From: Fidelibacterota bacterium
Lineage (GTDB): Bacteria > Fidelibacterota > UBA2242
Direction: 5' to 3'
Length of the DNA: 64,000 nt
Assembly (NCBI GenBank): GCA_035448825.1
Contig: DAOTJS010000004.1
Coordinates: forward strand, 29,339-93,338
Below are positions 8,495 to 17,260 of this stretch, one piece after another. Made by a program: the position numbers and the translations under genes. Position 1 is the stretch's first letter, and each line of letters opens with the position of its first letter. The notes under the pieces were generated by a model, which saw only the letters and a program-made list of their open reading frames with translations, ran no database searches and was not told the DNA's origin.

Positions 8495-11400
8495 ATGGTA
8501 TTAACTGCAGAAACTCGAGAATTAGAGAAATATATAGAAGACATCTGGCAATCATTACCTATACCGGTCTGCTATGTAAATGCGGTTCACCTAATTATAG
8601 CCGCCGGTGCTAATTTTGAAAAGTTCTCGGGTTATGATTCAGAAGAACTGGTCGGCGTGGAGCTTGAAACCTTATTTACCGATCAGCAAGAAATTAAGAA
8701 AATAGAAGAAGAAATATTAAACGTGGGCTTTGTTTCTAATAGAGTAACAACTTTCATTACTAAAGAAAAAAAGGAAGTCCCGGTGCTTCTCTCGGCAACC
8801 GTCAGAAAAGATGAAGAGAACAATATTTTCGGTTATTTCCTATCAATGCTGGATATCACTGAGCGTAAGCAATTCGAACAAGCCCTAAAGGAAAGTGAAA
8901 AGCGATTTTCCGCTTTTATGGAGGCACTTCCTCATACCGCCTTTATCAAAACCAGCGATCATAAATTTCTTTATATCAATAATGAAATGAAGAAGCGCTT
9001 TGGGATTGAAGAGTGGATCGGTAGAACTACTTTTGATATTTTTCCAAAGGAAATAGCCGAAAAACTAGTTGAAGCTGATAATAAGTCACTCATTGAAGGC
9101 TATCACATAGAAGAGCATATTGTCCCCGATCAAAGCGGCAAAGAATGTATCTGGGAAACTCATACCTTTCGGATTGAGAGGGAAAATCAAGAGCCGTTAA
9201 TCGGCGGCTTTTCCTTGGATATTACCGAGAAGAAGGAGGCGGAGAAAAAATTACGCGAGAATGAAGAATTTCTAAAAAGTATTATTGAAAGTATTCAGGA
9301 TGGCATCAGTATTCTAAATCCGGATTTGACAATCAATTTTACCAATGACATTATGAAAAAGTGGTACGCGGAAAACCTGCCACTTGAGGGGAAAAAATGT
9401 TATCAATGTTATCATAATATCAAGGCTCCCTGTGATCCTTGCCCAACTCTACGTTGCATTCAGTCCGGCGAAACTGAGTGGAATATTGTTCCGGGATTGC
9501 CCGGTTCGCCTATCAAGTGGATTGAATTATTCAGCTATCCTATCAAAGATCCGGATACAGGCAAAGTAACCGGAGTGGCTGAATTTGTGCGGGATATTAC
9601 CAGTAAAAAGCAGGCGGAAGAAGCTTTACGGCAGTCGGAAAACAAATATAGAGAACTGGTCGAGAATATGACCGAAGGTTTAATTACGATTGACGAGAAA
9701 AAAATAGTTACCTTTGTAAATAGCAAAATTTGCCAGATGCTAGAATATAAGCCCGAAGAATTAATCGGAAGAAATATCCTCGATTTCTTTGATTCTAAGA
9801 ATCAAAAGATACTGAAACAAGAATTAACCAAAAGGCCAGAAGGTACATTTTCCCGATATGAAATTACCTTTACTACAAAATCGGGAAAGCCAATTCCAAC
9901 CCTTATTTCTGGAGCTCCTAATTTTGATGATCAAGGTACATTTCGCGGGTCTTATGCCACTGTCTTAGACTTTACCGAGCGCAAGCAGGCGGAAGAAGCG
10001 TTAAGGCAGTCAGAAGAAAAATACCGCTTGATAACGGAAACTACGAGTGATCTGATTTCCTTGCATACTTTCGATTTGAAAGCGTCCTATAACTATGTAA
10101 GTCCCTCAGTTAAAAGGATTACCGGTTACGAACCGGAAGAATTGCTGGGTAAATCAGCATTCGATTATATCCATCCCGAAGATCGAAAGGGTTTGCTTAA
10201 AATATTGAAGACTTATATCGGTTATATGGTCAAAAATCTGATGACCGGGGAAAAATCAGAATTCACGGAGACAATCGAATACCGATTCAAACATAAATCT
10301 GGAAAATGGATTTATCTCCAGAGCGTTGGCAATACTCTTGGCAAACATCTGCTATTCGTATCGAGAGACATTACTCAGCGCGTGCAGATGGAAGCCTCTC
10401 TGCGCGAGAGTGAAGAGAGATACCGCTCGGTAGTGGAAAACAGCGCTACGGGAGTTTTTGTTATTGACGGTAATTACACTTTTGAGTTTGTTAATCAACG
10501 TCTCTGTCAAATTCTGGGGTACAATGAATCCGAAATTATCGGACATAAGTTTATGGAATTTTTAGCACCAGAGAGCGTCGAGCTGGTCCAAGATCACTAT
10601 CAGCGTCGCCAGAAAGGGGAAGTAGTTCTGGCGAATTATGAATTTGAAGTAATTCGCAAAGACGGCGAAAGACGACAGGTGGAGATTTACTCGAATGTGA
10701 TCAAAGATTCTGATGGAAATCCACATACCATCGCTCAGATTCTCGACATTACGGAACGAGTAAAAGCTGAAGCTGAGCGGGATAGTCTGGAATCTCAACT
10801 GCGTCAAGCTCAGAAAATGGAGGCAATTGGACGTCTGGCTGGTGGTGTTGCTCATGATTTTAATAATATACTAACAATTATCCTAGGTTACTCACAAATG
10901 GCGCTGATGAATTTGCAACCAGGTCAAAAATTCTATTCCCAGTTTCAAAAAATTAATGATGCCGCGCGTCGCTCGGCAAATATGATTGGTAAAATGCTGG
11001 CATTCTCGCGCCAGCAAAATGCCGAACCTCAAAGGCTCAATCTGAATACACATCTGGAATCTACCAAAGGTTTGCTGGAAAAAATGGTGCGCGAAGACAT
11101 TAGAATGAGTTTTATTCTTGGTAACGGACTTCATGATATTTATCTAGATCCGACGCAATTCGATCAGGTAATAATGAATCTGGTGGTCAATGCGCGGGAT
11201 GCGATGCCTAAAGGGGGAAGTTTGATCATTGAAACCGCCAATTTCACCTGTGATTCCGAATATTGTTTAAAACATCATGGCTTTCAACCGGGCAACTATG
11301 TTCTGATTTCTGTCAGTGATACCGGTTGCGGAATGGATAAAGAAACCCAGGAACATATATTCGAACCGTTTTTTACGACCAAAGGAGAGGGTGAAGGAAC

Positions 11401-11935
11401 CGGTCTTGGGCTTGCTACAGTTTACGGAATTGTCAAACAAAATCATGGATTTATCCACGTTTACAGTGAACCGGGTAAAGGTGCCACATTCAAAATCTAT
11501 TTCCCGGTTTATGAAGGTCAAGATGAAAAACACTATCAATTAGAAGATATAGAAAGTGTAATGGGGCAAGAGACAATCCTGTTAGCCGAAGATGATGCCG
11601 ATGTTCGCGCTTTTACCCGAAATGCGTTGCAACAATTAGGGTATCAAGTTATAGATTTTGGCGAACCAAGTGAAGCTCTTGAATATTTTGAAAAACACAG
11701 CGATGAAATTGATCTATTGATAACGGATTTGGTTATGCCGGGAATGAACGGTCAGGAATTACATCGCCAGATTGAACAGATTAAGCCCAGCATCAAAGTG
11801 CTCTATACATCCGGGTACACTTCCAATATCATTGCCGTTCAGGGTATTATTAAAAGAGGGATAAATTTCCTGCAAAAACCCTTTGCGCCCGCAGTCCTAG
11901 GGAAAAAAATACGCCAAATATTGGACACGAACTAA
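8495..11935 (+). CDS. Multi-PAS hybrid sensor histidine kinase with C-terminal receiver
   Basis: 1146 aa. It has about six PAS-like modules joined by repeated coiled linkers ([17 protein letters not shown] twice). Kinase motifs are the H-box [12 protein letters not shown]-box VNARDAM, and G-boxes DTGCGMD and GTGLGLA. The receiver shows [14 protein letters not shown]. Confidence 0.9.
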   Translation: MVLTAETRELEKYIEDIWQSLPIPVCYVNAVHLIIAAGANFEKFSGYDSEELVGVELETLFTDQQEIKKIEEEILNVGFVSNRVTTFITKEKKEVPVLLSATVRKDEENNIFGYFLSMLDITERKQFEQALKESEKRFSAFMEALPHTAFIKTSDHKFLYINNEMKKRFGIEEWIGRTTFDIFPKEIAEKLVEADNKSLIEGYHIEEHIVPDQSGKECIWETHTFRIERENQEPLIGGFSLDITEKKEAEKKLRENEEFLKSIIESIQDGISILNPDLTINFTNDIMKKWYAENLPLEGKKCYQCYHNIKAPCDPCPTLRCIQSGETEWNIVPGLPGSPIKWIELFSYPIKDPDTGKVTGVAEFVRDITSKKQAEEALRQSENKYRELVENMTEGLITIDEKKIVTFVNSKICQMLEYKPEELIGRNILDFFDSKNQKILKQELTKRPEGTFSRYEITFTTKSGKPIPTLISGAPNFDDQGTFRGSYATVLDFTERKQAEEALRQSEEKYRLITETTSDLISLHTFDLKASYNYVSPSVKRITGYEPEELLGKSAFDYIHPEDRKGLLKILKTYIGYMVKNLMTGEKSEFTETIEYRFKHKSGKWIYLQSVGNTLGKHLLFVSRDITQRVQMEASLRESEERYRSVVENSATGVFVIDGNYTFEFVNQRLCQILGYNESEIIGHKFMEFLAPESVELVQDHYQRRQKGEVVLANYEFEVIRKDGERRQVEIYSNVIKDSDGNPHTIAQILDITERVKAEAERDSLESQLRQAQKMEAIGRLAGGVAHDFNNILTIILGYSQMALMNLQPGQKFYSQFQKINDAARRSANMIGKMLAFSRQQNAEPQRLNLNTHLESTKGLLEKMVREDIRMSFILGNGLHDIYLDPTQFDQVIMNLVVNARDAMPKGGSLIIETANFTCDSEYCLKHHGFQPGNYVLISVSDTGCGMDKETQEHIFEPFFTTKGEGEGTGLGLATVYGIVKQNHGFIHVYSEPGKGATFKIYFPVYEGQDEKHYQLEDIESVMGQETILLAEDDADVRAFTRNALQQLGYQVIDFGEPSEALEYFEKHSDEIDLLITDLVMPGMNGQELHRQIEQIKPSIKVLYTSGYTSNIIAVQGIIKRGINFLQKPFAPAVLGKKIRQILDTN

Positions 11936-12121
11936 AAGTTGTAGCAAAAAATAACCCGCGAATTAATTCGTAGGCTAGGAAATCTAATGTTAAAACATAA
12001 CCTTTCGCGACACAAATTTCACAGGTTAAACCAATGACTGTTCTCTTTTCCCAAACTTAGCCTTATGACTAATGACCAGTGACTAATGACTTAAAAAATC
12101 TTCTGGAATTATAAAATTTAA

Positions 12122-12709
12122 TTAGATATAATTCGCTGGCGGCAGGTTCTCATAAATCGCTCTTATAGTCGGGATTAACTCCTCAAAATTCAAAAAGCGA
12201 TGTCCGCCGCTCTCGGAAATTATCACCTGACAATTATTTACCCTAAAATATTCCGCCGCTTTTCGGTAGTCCAGCAGTTCATCATCCCGATTGAGAAAAA
12301 CGAACAGGTTCTGGGGATTGATTGTTTGGGGTGAGTGGTAAAGGGCACGAATCTCAGAAGTAAATTTCTGACACCAGGCCGCCAGCGGGCTATTATCAAT
12401 TTCGCCGGGATTATCATCTGGTAGGTAAGTATCGCCGATAGGGTCAACTGTCGGGTTCAGCAGAATTGCCGGGAAACCATATTCCTGATTCAAATGCAAA
12501 GCATAAAACCCACCTAAACTGGATCCGACCAATAAGATGCGAGAATCATTCCCGGCTTTTCGAATATTCTCGATTATCGTTTCAATCGCCGCCGCTGGCT
12601 CCAACGGTAAATCCGGCGCTAATATCATTTTATCGGTAAAATGCGCCCGTAAAATCTGGGCTTTGGTAGCCTGTCCCGAACTACCGAATCCATGACAATA
12701 TATCAACAT
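12122..12709 (-). CDS. yqiA: YqiA/YcfP-family alpha/beta hydrolase (esterase)
   Basis: 195 aa. Collinear with my recollection of E. coli YqiA: N-terminal LIYCHGFGSS, nucleophile elbow GSSLGGFYA, DELLDY, and C-terminal GGHRF. Confidence 0.8.
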   Translation of the reverse strand: MLIYCHGFGSSGQATKAQILRAHFTDKMILAPDLPLEPAAAIETIIENIRKAGNDSRILLVGSSLGGFYALHLNQEYGFPAILLNPTVDPIGDTYLPDDNPGEIDNSPLAAWCQKFTSEIRALYHSPQTINPQNLFVFLNRDDELLDYRKAAEYFRVNNCQVIISESGGHRFLNFEELIPTIRAIYENLPPANYI

Positions 12710-12716
12710 TTAAATC

Positions 12717-13256
12717 TCAAGAATTACTATTCTGCTTATCAACCGGATGAACCTTCCAATCAACAGACGGTTCGACAATTTCGATTTGCCGATCCGGTTT
12801 GCGCATCACAACTCTTTCGATCTTAGCATTTGCAATAATTGCCTTGCACTGATCGCAAATAAACTTATGACCAACGACATAAATAGTAGCGCCGGCGGTA
12901 GCTTGACCATTACGAGCCGCTAGAACGACGGCATTGGATTCGGCATGCGAACCTACCGCCCGACACCGTTCCAACTGCGTCCCGGACTTGATCTTATGTC
13001 GGTCGCGGTAACAATAGCCGATTTCCATACAATTCGGCTGGTTGGTTGGCGCTCCGTTATAACCGGTGGAGACGATCACTTTGTCGCGCACAATCACCGC
13101 GCCGACTTTATTCCGGAAGCAGGTTGAACGACTTGCCACCATTTCGGCAATATCCAGGAAATATTCGTCCCAGGTTTTGCGAATTGGCTGAGGTGATTTC
13201 GACTCCGATGACTTTTTATTTTTCTGCATTGTGAATATCGTTCTCCATTTGGGCAA
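12717..13256 (-). CDS. Deoxycytidylate (dCMP) deaminase, CMP/dCMP zinc-binding family
   Basis: Zinc motifs HAESNA and a PCxxC-like ICDQCKAI, with the dCMP deaminase-type core VGAVIVRDKVIVSTGYNG. The start may be the internal MQKNKK. Confidence 0.85.
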   Translation of the reverse strand: MPKWRTIFTMQKNKKSSESKSPQPIRKTWDEYFLDIAEMVASRSTCFRNKVGAVIVRDKVIVSTGYNGAPTNQPNCMEIGYCYRDRHKIKSGTQLERCRAVGSHAESNAVVLAARNGQATAGATIYVVGHKFICDQCKAIIANAKIERVVMRKPDRQIEIVEPSVDWKVHPVDKQNSNS

Positions 13257-13330
13257 AATATACGAAAGCCTAAACCAGAAATGAAGGAAATCGTTAAAAG
13301 ACTGAGGTCGAGGCTAAGAAAAGAGGAAAT

Positions 13331-13482
13331 GTCACCCTGAGCTTTAAAGTCACTCTGAGCTTGTCGAAGAGTGACACTATTGCTTATCCTATGCCTATCA
13401 AGTAACTCATGCTTCGATGAACTCATGCTTCGATAAACTCAGCATGACACAGTAAGTCACCCTGAGTCCATCGAAGGGTGAC
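13331..13482. repeat. Hairpin-repeat cluster A (stem / TCGAnnnnCTC loop / stem units)
   Basis: Perfect hairpins at 13349-13375 (GTCACTCT/AGAGTGAC), 13424-13446 (CATGCT/AGCATG) and 13456-13482 (GTCACCCT/AGGGTGAC). There is an orphan arm at 13331-13342 and a conserved spacer ...CTTATCCTATGCCTATCAAGTAACTC. Confidence 0.9.
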
Positions 13483-13777
13483 AGTCCTTCCTTTTCCAAT
13501 AAGCCACTGATAGTTCTGGCAATTTATCCCATTCACCGTTAATCAATGCTTCTTTTTTGGCTCTTCTCCATCCTTTTATTTTCTTCTCATTCTCAATAGC
13601 AGACATAATATCCATTTCTTCTGAACACCATGCCAGCTTTACCGGTAGCCGGGAATGAATATAACCTTTTACAAAGCCGGATTGATGTTCGTAAAGTCTC
13701 CTTTCTGGATTATTGGTTACCCCGGTATAATAGGAACCGTCTGAACATTCAAGTATGTAAACAAATCCTGTTTTCAC
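13457..13777 (-). CDS. GIY-YIG nuclease superfamily protein (small stand-alone URI-domain type, COG2827-like)
   Basis: 106 aa. Contains FVYILECSDGSYYTGVTNNPERRLYEHQSG (GIY...YIG plus a conserved Arg and Glu) and an EKKIKGW helix. The last 8 codons (CHPSMDSG) are encoded by hairpin repeat 13456-13482. Confidence 0.9.
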   Translation of the reverse strand: MKTGFVYILECSDGSYYTGVTNNPERRLYEHQSGFVKGYIHSRLPVKLAWCSEEMDIMSAIENEKKIKGWRRAKKEALINGEWDKLPELSVAYWKRKDCHPSMDSG

Positions 13778-13790
13778 AATTTATTCGGCT

Positions 13791-14036
13791 ATCCTTCAAT
13801 GCTTCGATAAACTCATGCTTCGATAAACTCAGGATGACAGGAAAACTCACAATGTCACCCTGAGTGTGTCGAAGAGTGACAATATCGCTTATCCTATATC
13901 TATCAAGTAACTCATCCTTCGATGAACTCAGGATGACGATGAACTCATGCTTCGATGAACTCATGCTTCGATGAACTCATGCTTCGATGAACTCAGCATG
14001 ACATAGTAAGTCACCCTGAGTCCATCGAAGGGTGAC
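13791..14036. repeat. Hairpin-repeat cluster B
   Basis: Hairpins at 13854-13880 (one mismatch), 13913-13935 (CATCCT/AGGATG), 13978-14000 (CATGCT/AGCATG) and 14010-14036 (GTCACCCT/AGGGTGAC). Four tandem 16-nt half units CGATGAACTCATGCTT occupy 13937-14000. Confidence 0.9.
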
Positions 14037-14395
14037 CTAAAACAATCAGTTACATAAATAACGCCGGCAACAAAGTCAATCAGGTAAATTCTTTACTTAA
14101 TTAACACCATCTTCTTGATTTCGCTAAAGCGCTTACTTTTATTACTCATATCCAGAACCTCTAACCGGTAAAAATACAACCCACTGGTAAAATCTGCGCG
14201 AGGGCTGAATTTCATAGTATAAACTCCAGGACTCTTGATGCCATCTTCTAGCGTAAGTACTTTCTGACCAATAAGATTGTAAACCTCGATCTTAACTAGT
14301 GACTGTGAACTGAGCGAATAGGTTATCGTAGTCGCTGAGTTGAACGGATTGGGATAGTTCTGAGATAGAGAGTAAAACGGTATTTTCATTTCTTC
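13995..14395. repeat. Shared 3' module, copy 1 (T9SS C-terminal domain + 3' UTR + terminal hairpin); near-identical to 17720-18120
   Basis: Constant offset of 3725 nt to copy 2. The encoded last 100 aa differ at only a few positions, and the 3' flank CCTAAAACAATCAGTTACATAAATAACGCCGGCAACAAAGTCAATCAGG is identical. Confidence 0.9.
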
Positions 14396-17260
14396 TTCAT
14401 TAATCTTAGTTCCATTCGAGCTATACTTAATCGTGGTGTAAACGCTCCAGGTGTAAACGCCCCAGTAATATCCTTCACTATTTCCAGTAACAAAAACATT
14501 TCCATAACCGTCAACAGCAATATCTGCAGCCAAATAATAAACATTTCCTTGTCCATTATATCGAGCTACCCATTGCTCTTCGCCATTTGAGTTGTACTTC
14601 ACGGTCGCATAATCATTATTTGTTCCTGAGCCTTCGCTTCTTCCGGTAACATAAACATTGCCAGAACCATCGATGGCAAGAGCTTTAGCCTCGTCCCAAT
14701 CATTTCTTGGTCCATTATACCTTGCTACCCACTGCTCTTCGCCATTTGAACTATACTTAATAGTCGCGTAATCAGGCAATAATTCTGAACCATAACTATA
14801 TCCCGTAACATAAACATTGCCAGAACCATCAATAGCAAGAGCATTGGCATAGTCCCAAGAATTTCCCGGTCCATTATACCTTACTACCCATTGCTCTTCG
14901 CCATTTGAGTTGTACTTCACGGTCGCATAATCATCACCTGTTTCTGAACCAGAACTACATCCAGTAACATAAACATTGCCAGAACCATCAATAGCAAGAG
15001 CATAGGCCTCGTCATCATAATTTCCTGGTCCATTATACCTTGCTACCCACTTCTCTTCACCATTTGAACTATACTTAATAGTAGCGTAATCATGCCTTGA
15101 TTCTGAACCCTTACTATATCCGGTAACATAAACATTGCCAGAACCATCAATAGCAAGAGCATAGGCCTCGTCATCATAATTTCCTGGTCCATTATACCTT
15201 GCTACCCATTGCTCTTCGCCATTTGAGTTATATTTAATAGTCGCATAATCATAATCTGTTCCTGAGCCTTCACTATATCCGGTAACATAAACATTGCCAG
15301 AACCATCAATAGCAAGAGCATTGGCATAGTCACAAAAATTTCCCGGTCCATTATATCGGGCTACCCACTGCTCTTCACCATTTGAGTTGTACTTCACGGT
15401 CGCATAATCATCATCTGTTCCTGAACCTTCGCTTCTACCGGTAACATAAACATTGCCAGAACCATCAATAGCAATAGCCTGAGCTTTATCATAAGAATTT
15501 CCCGGTCCATTATATCGGGCTACCCACTGCTCTTCACCATTTGAGTTGTACTTCACGGTCGCATAATCATCATCTGTTCCTGAACCTTCGCTTCTACCGG
15601 TAACATAAACATTGCCAGAACCATCAATAGCAATAGCCTGAGCTTTATCATAAGAATTTCCCGGTCCATTATATCGAGCTACCCACTGCTCTTCACCATT
15701 TGAGTTGTACTTCACGGTCGCATAATCATAATCTGTTCCTGAGCCATAGCTTTCTCCGGTAACATAAACATTGCCAGAACCATCAATAGCAATAGCATTG
15801 GCATAGTCCAAAGAATTTCCCGGTCCATTATATCGGGCTACCCATTGCTCTTCACCATTGGAGTTGTACTTCACGGTCGCATAATCAACAACTGTTTCTG
15901 AACCATAGCTATATCCGGTAACATAAACATTCCCAGAACCATCAATAGCAATAGCCTGAGCTTCATCATAAGAGTTTCCTGGTCTATTATATCGGGCTAC
16001 CCATTGCTCTTCACCATTTGAGTTGTACTTCACGGTCGCATAATCCTCTTCTGTTTCTGAACCATAGCTATATCCGGTAACATAAACATTGCTAGAACCA
16101 TCAATTGCAATAGCATAGGCATCGTCACAAAAATTTCCTGGGCCATTATATCGGGCTACCCATTGCTCTTCACCATTGGAGTTGTACTTCACGGTCGCAT
16201 AATCATAATCTGTTCCTGAGCCATAGCTTTCTCCGGTAACATAAACATTGCCAGAACCATCAATAGCAAGAGCTTCTGCATAGTCACAAAAATTTCCTGG
16301 TCCATTATATCGGGCTACCCATTGCTCTTCACCATTTGAGTTATATTTAATAGTCGCATAATCATAATCTGTTCCTGAGCCTTCACTATATCCGGTAACA
16401 TAAACATTGCCAGAACCATCAATAGCAAGAGCATTGGCATAGTCACAAAAATTTCCCGGTCCATTATATCGGGCTACCCACTGCTCTTCACCATTTGAGT
16501 TGTACTTCACGGTCGCATAATCATCATATGTTCCTGAGCCATAGCTATATCCGGTAACATACACATTGCCAGAGCCATCAATAGCAAGAGCATTGGCATA
16601 GTCATCAGTATTTCCTGGTCCATTATATCGGGCTACCCACTGCTCTTCGCCATTTGAGTTATATTTAATAGTCGCATAATCATAATATGTTCCCGAACAA
16701 TCGCTTTCTCCGGTAACATAAACATTGCCAAAACTGTCAATAGCCAGAGCAGATGCAAAATCATCTCCTCCATTATCATACCTAACCGCCCAGATTGTAT
16801 TACCAGAATTGTCATATTTTACAGTAAAATAATCTACTCCAAATGGTAGTCCTGTACTATACCCGGTAACATAGATATAACCCTGATTATCAACGGCAAT
16901 ATCAGTTGCGACATCCTTGGCTGGATCCAGTCCAGAGGCATAGTGCCTTACCCATTCCGGTTCCTTATTAGTAGTTGAGGTACTCTGGAGATTGAGAACA
17001 GAAGTAGCATCTCGAGACCCAGAAGGATAGGGATCTCTATAAGGTTGTTCGTCTGAGCGTTCGACTGAGCTCACGCCTTGGTCCATCGGAAACTTAGGAT
17101 GATGATGCCGGTTAAAATGTTCACTTTTCTCTAATCGCTCTTCCGAAAATCGGGAATGATGTGGTGAGTCTATCAAACTACGATTTGCCGGTGACTCCTG
17201 GGAATGGGCTACAAGTCCTGCCAAAACAAAAACAACTAATGAAACAAAATACCTTTTCAT
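14093..17260 (-). CDS. T9SS-secreted SBBP (beta-propeller) repeat protein
   Basis: 1055 aa. Signal peptide MKRYFVSLVVFVLAGLVAHSQ, then a His-rich segment. About 15 tandem 53-aa repeats follow (DYATVKYNSNGEEQWVARYNGPGN..D.A.AIAIDGSGNVYVTG.S.GS). The C-terminal Por secretion tail reads LSQNYPNPFNSATTITYSL...SGLYFYRLEV. Confidence 0.9.
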   Translation of the reverse strand: MKRYFVSLVVFVLAGLVAHSQESPANRSLIDSPHHSRFSEERLEKSEHFNRHHHPKFPMDQGVSSVERSDEQPYRDPYPSGSRDATSVLNLQSTSTTNKEPEWVRHYASGLDPAKDVATDIAVDNQGYIYVTGYSTGLPFGVDYFTVKYDNSGNTIWAVRYDNGGDDFASALAIDSFGNVYVTGESDCSGTYYDYATIKYNSNGEEQWVARYNGPGNTDDYANALAIDGSGNVYVTGYSYGSGTYDDYATVKYNSNGEEQWVARYNGPGNFCDYANALAIDGSGNVYVTGYSEGSGTDYDYATIKYNSNGEEQWVARYNGPGNFCDYAEALAIDGSGNVYVTGESYGSGTDYDYATVKYNSNGEEQWVARYNGPGNFCDDAYAIAIDGSSNVYVTGYSYGSETEEDYATVKYNSNGEEQWVARYNRPGNSYDEAQAIAIDGSGNVYVTGYSYGSETVVDYATVKYNSNGEEQWVARYNGPGNSLDYANAIAIDGSGNVYVTGESYGSGTDYDYATVKYNSNGEEQWVARYNGPGNSYDKAQAIAIDGSGNVYVTGRSEGSGTDDDYATVKYNSNGEEQWVARYNGPGNSYDKAQAIAIDGSGNVYVTGRSEGSGTDDDYATVKYNSNGEEQWVARYNGPGNFCDYANALAIDGSGNVYVTGYSEGSGTDYDYATIKYNSNGEEQWVARYNGPGNYDDEAYALAIDGSGNVYVTGYSKGSESRHDYATIKYSSNGEEKWVARYNGPGNYDDEAYALAIDGSGNVYVTGCSSGSETGDDYATVKYNSNGEEQWVVRYNGPGNSWDYANALAIDGSGNVYVTGYSYGSELLPDYATIKYSSNGEEQWVARYNGPRNDWDEAKALAIDGSGNVYVTGRSEGSGTNNDYATVKYNSNGEEQWVARYNGQGNVYYLAADIAVDGYGNVFVTGNSEGYYWGVYTWSVYTTIKYSSNGTKINEEEMKIPFYSLSQNYPNPFNSATTITYSLSSQSLVKIEVYNLIGQKVLTLEDGIKSPGVYTMKFSPRADFTSGLYFYRLEVLDMSNKSKRFSEIKKMVLIK

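Noticed and set aside
9398-9415. Heme-c binding motif in the PAS domain (CYQCYH)
   Set aside because: The spacing is CxxCxH, not CxxCH, and the protein region is cytoplasmic. I therefore interpret it only as a Cys cluster.
12066-12090. Direct repeat TGACTAATGAC x2 (12066-12076, 12080-12090) between convergent genes
   Set aside because: It is only 11 nt, stop-codon-rich and sits in a convergent 3' region, with no second feature to support a function.
13094-13426. 110-aa ORF in the track (also 13749-13964, 17485-17739 and 20409-20594) with peptides such as LSLSKHEFI, LRQAQSD and SSSKHELLDR
   Set aside because: These ORFs run through the hairpin-repeat clusters. Their low-complexity peptides are simply translations of the repeated stem-loop units. 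They overlap real genes or each other and lack RBS context, so I treat them as repeat artefacts, not genes.
14093-17260. Concern that the SBBP gene is an assembly artefact
   Set aside because: The reading frame is intact across all repeats and the unit borders are consistent, so I report it as a gene. The repeat copy number may still be wrong in a short-read assembly (see finding).
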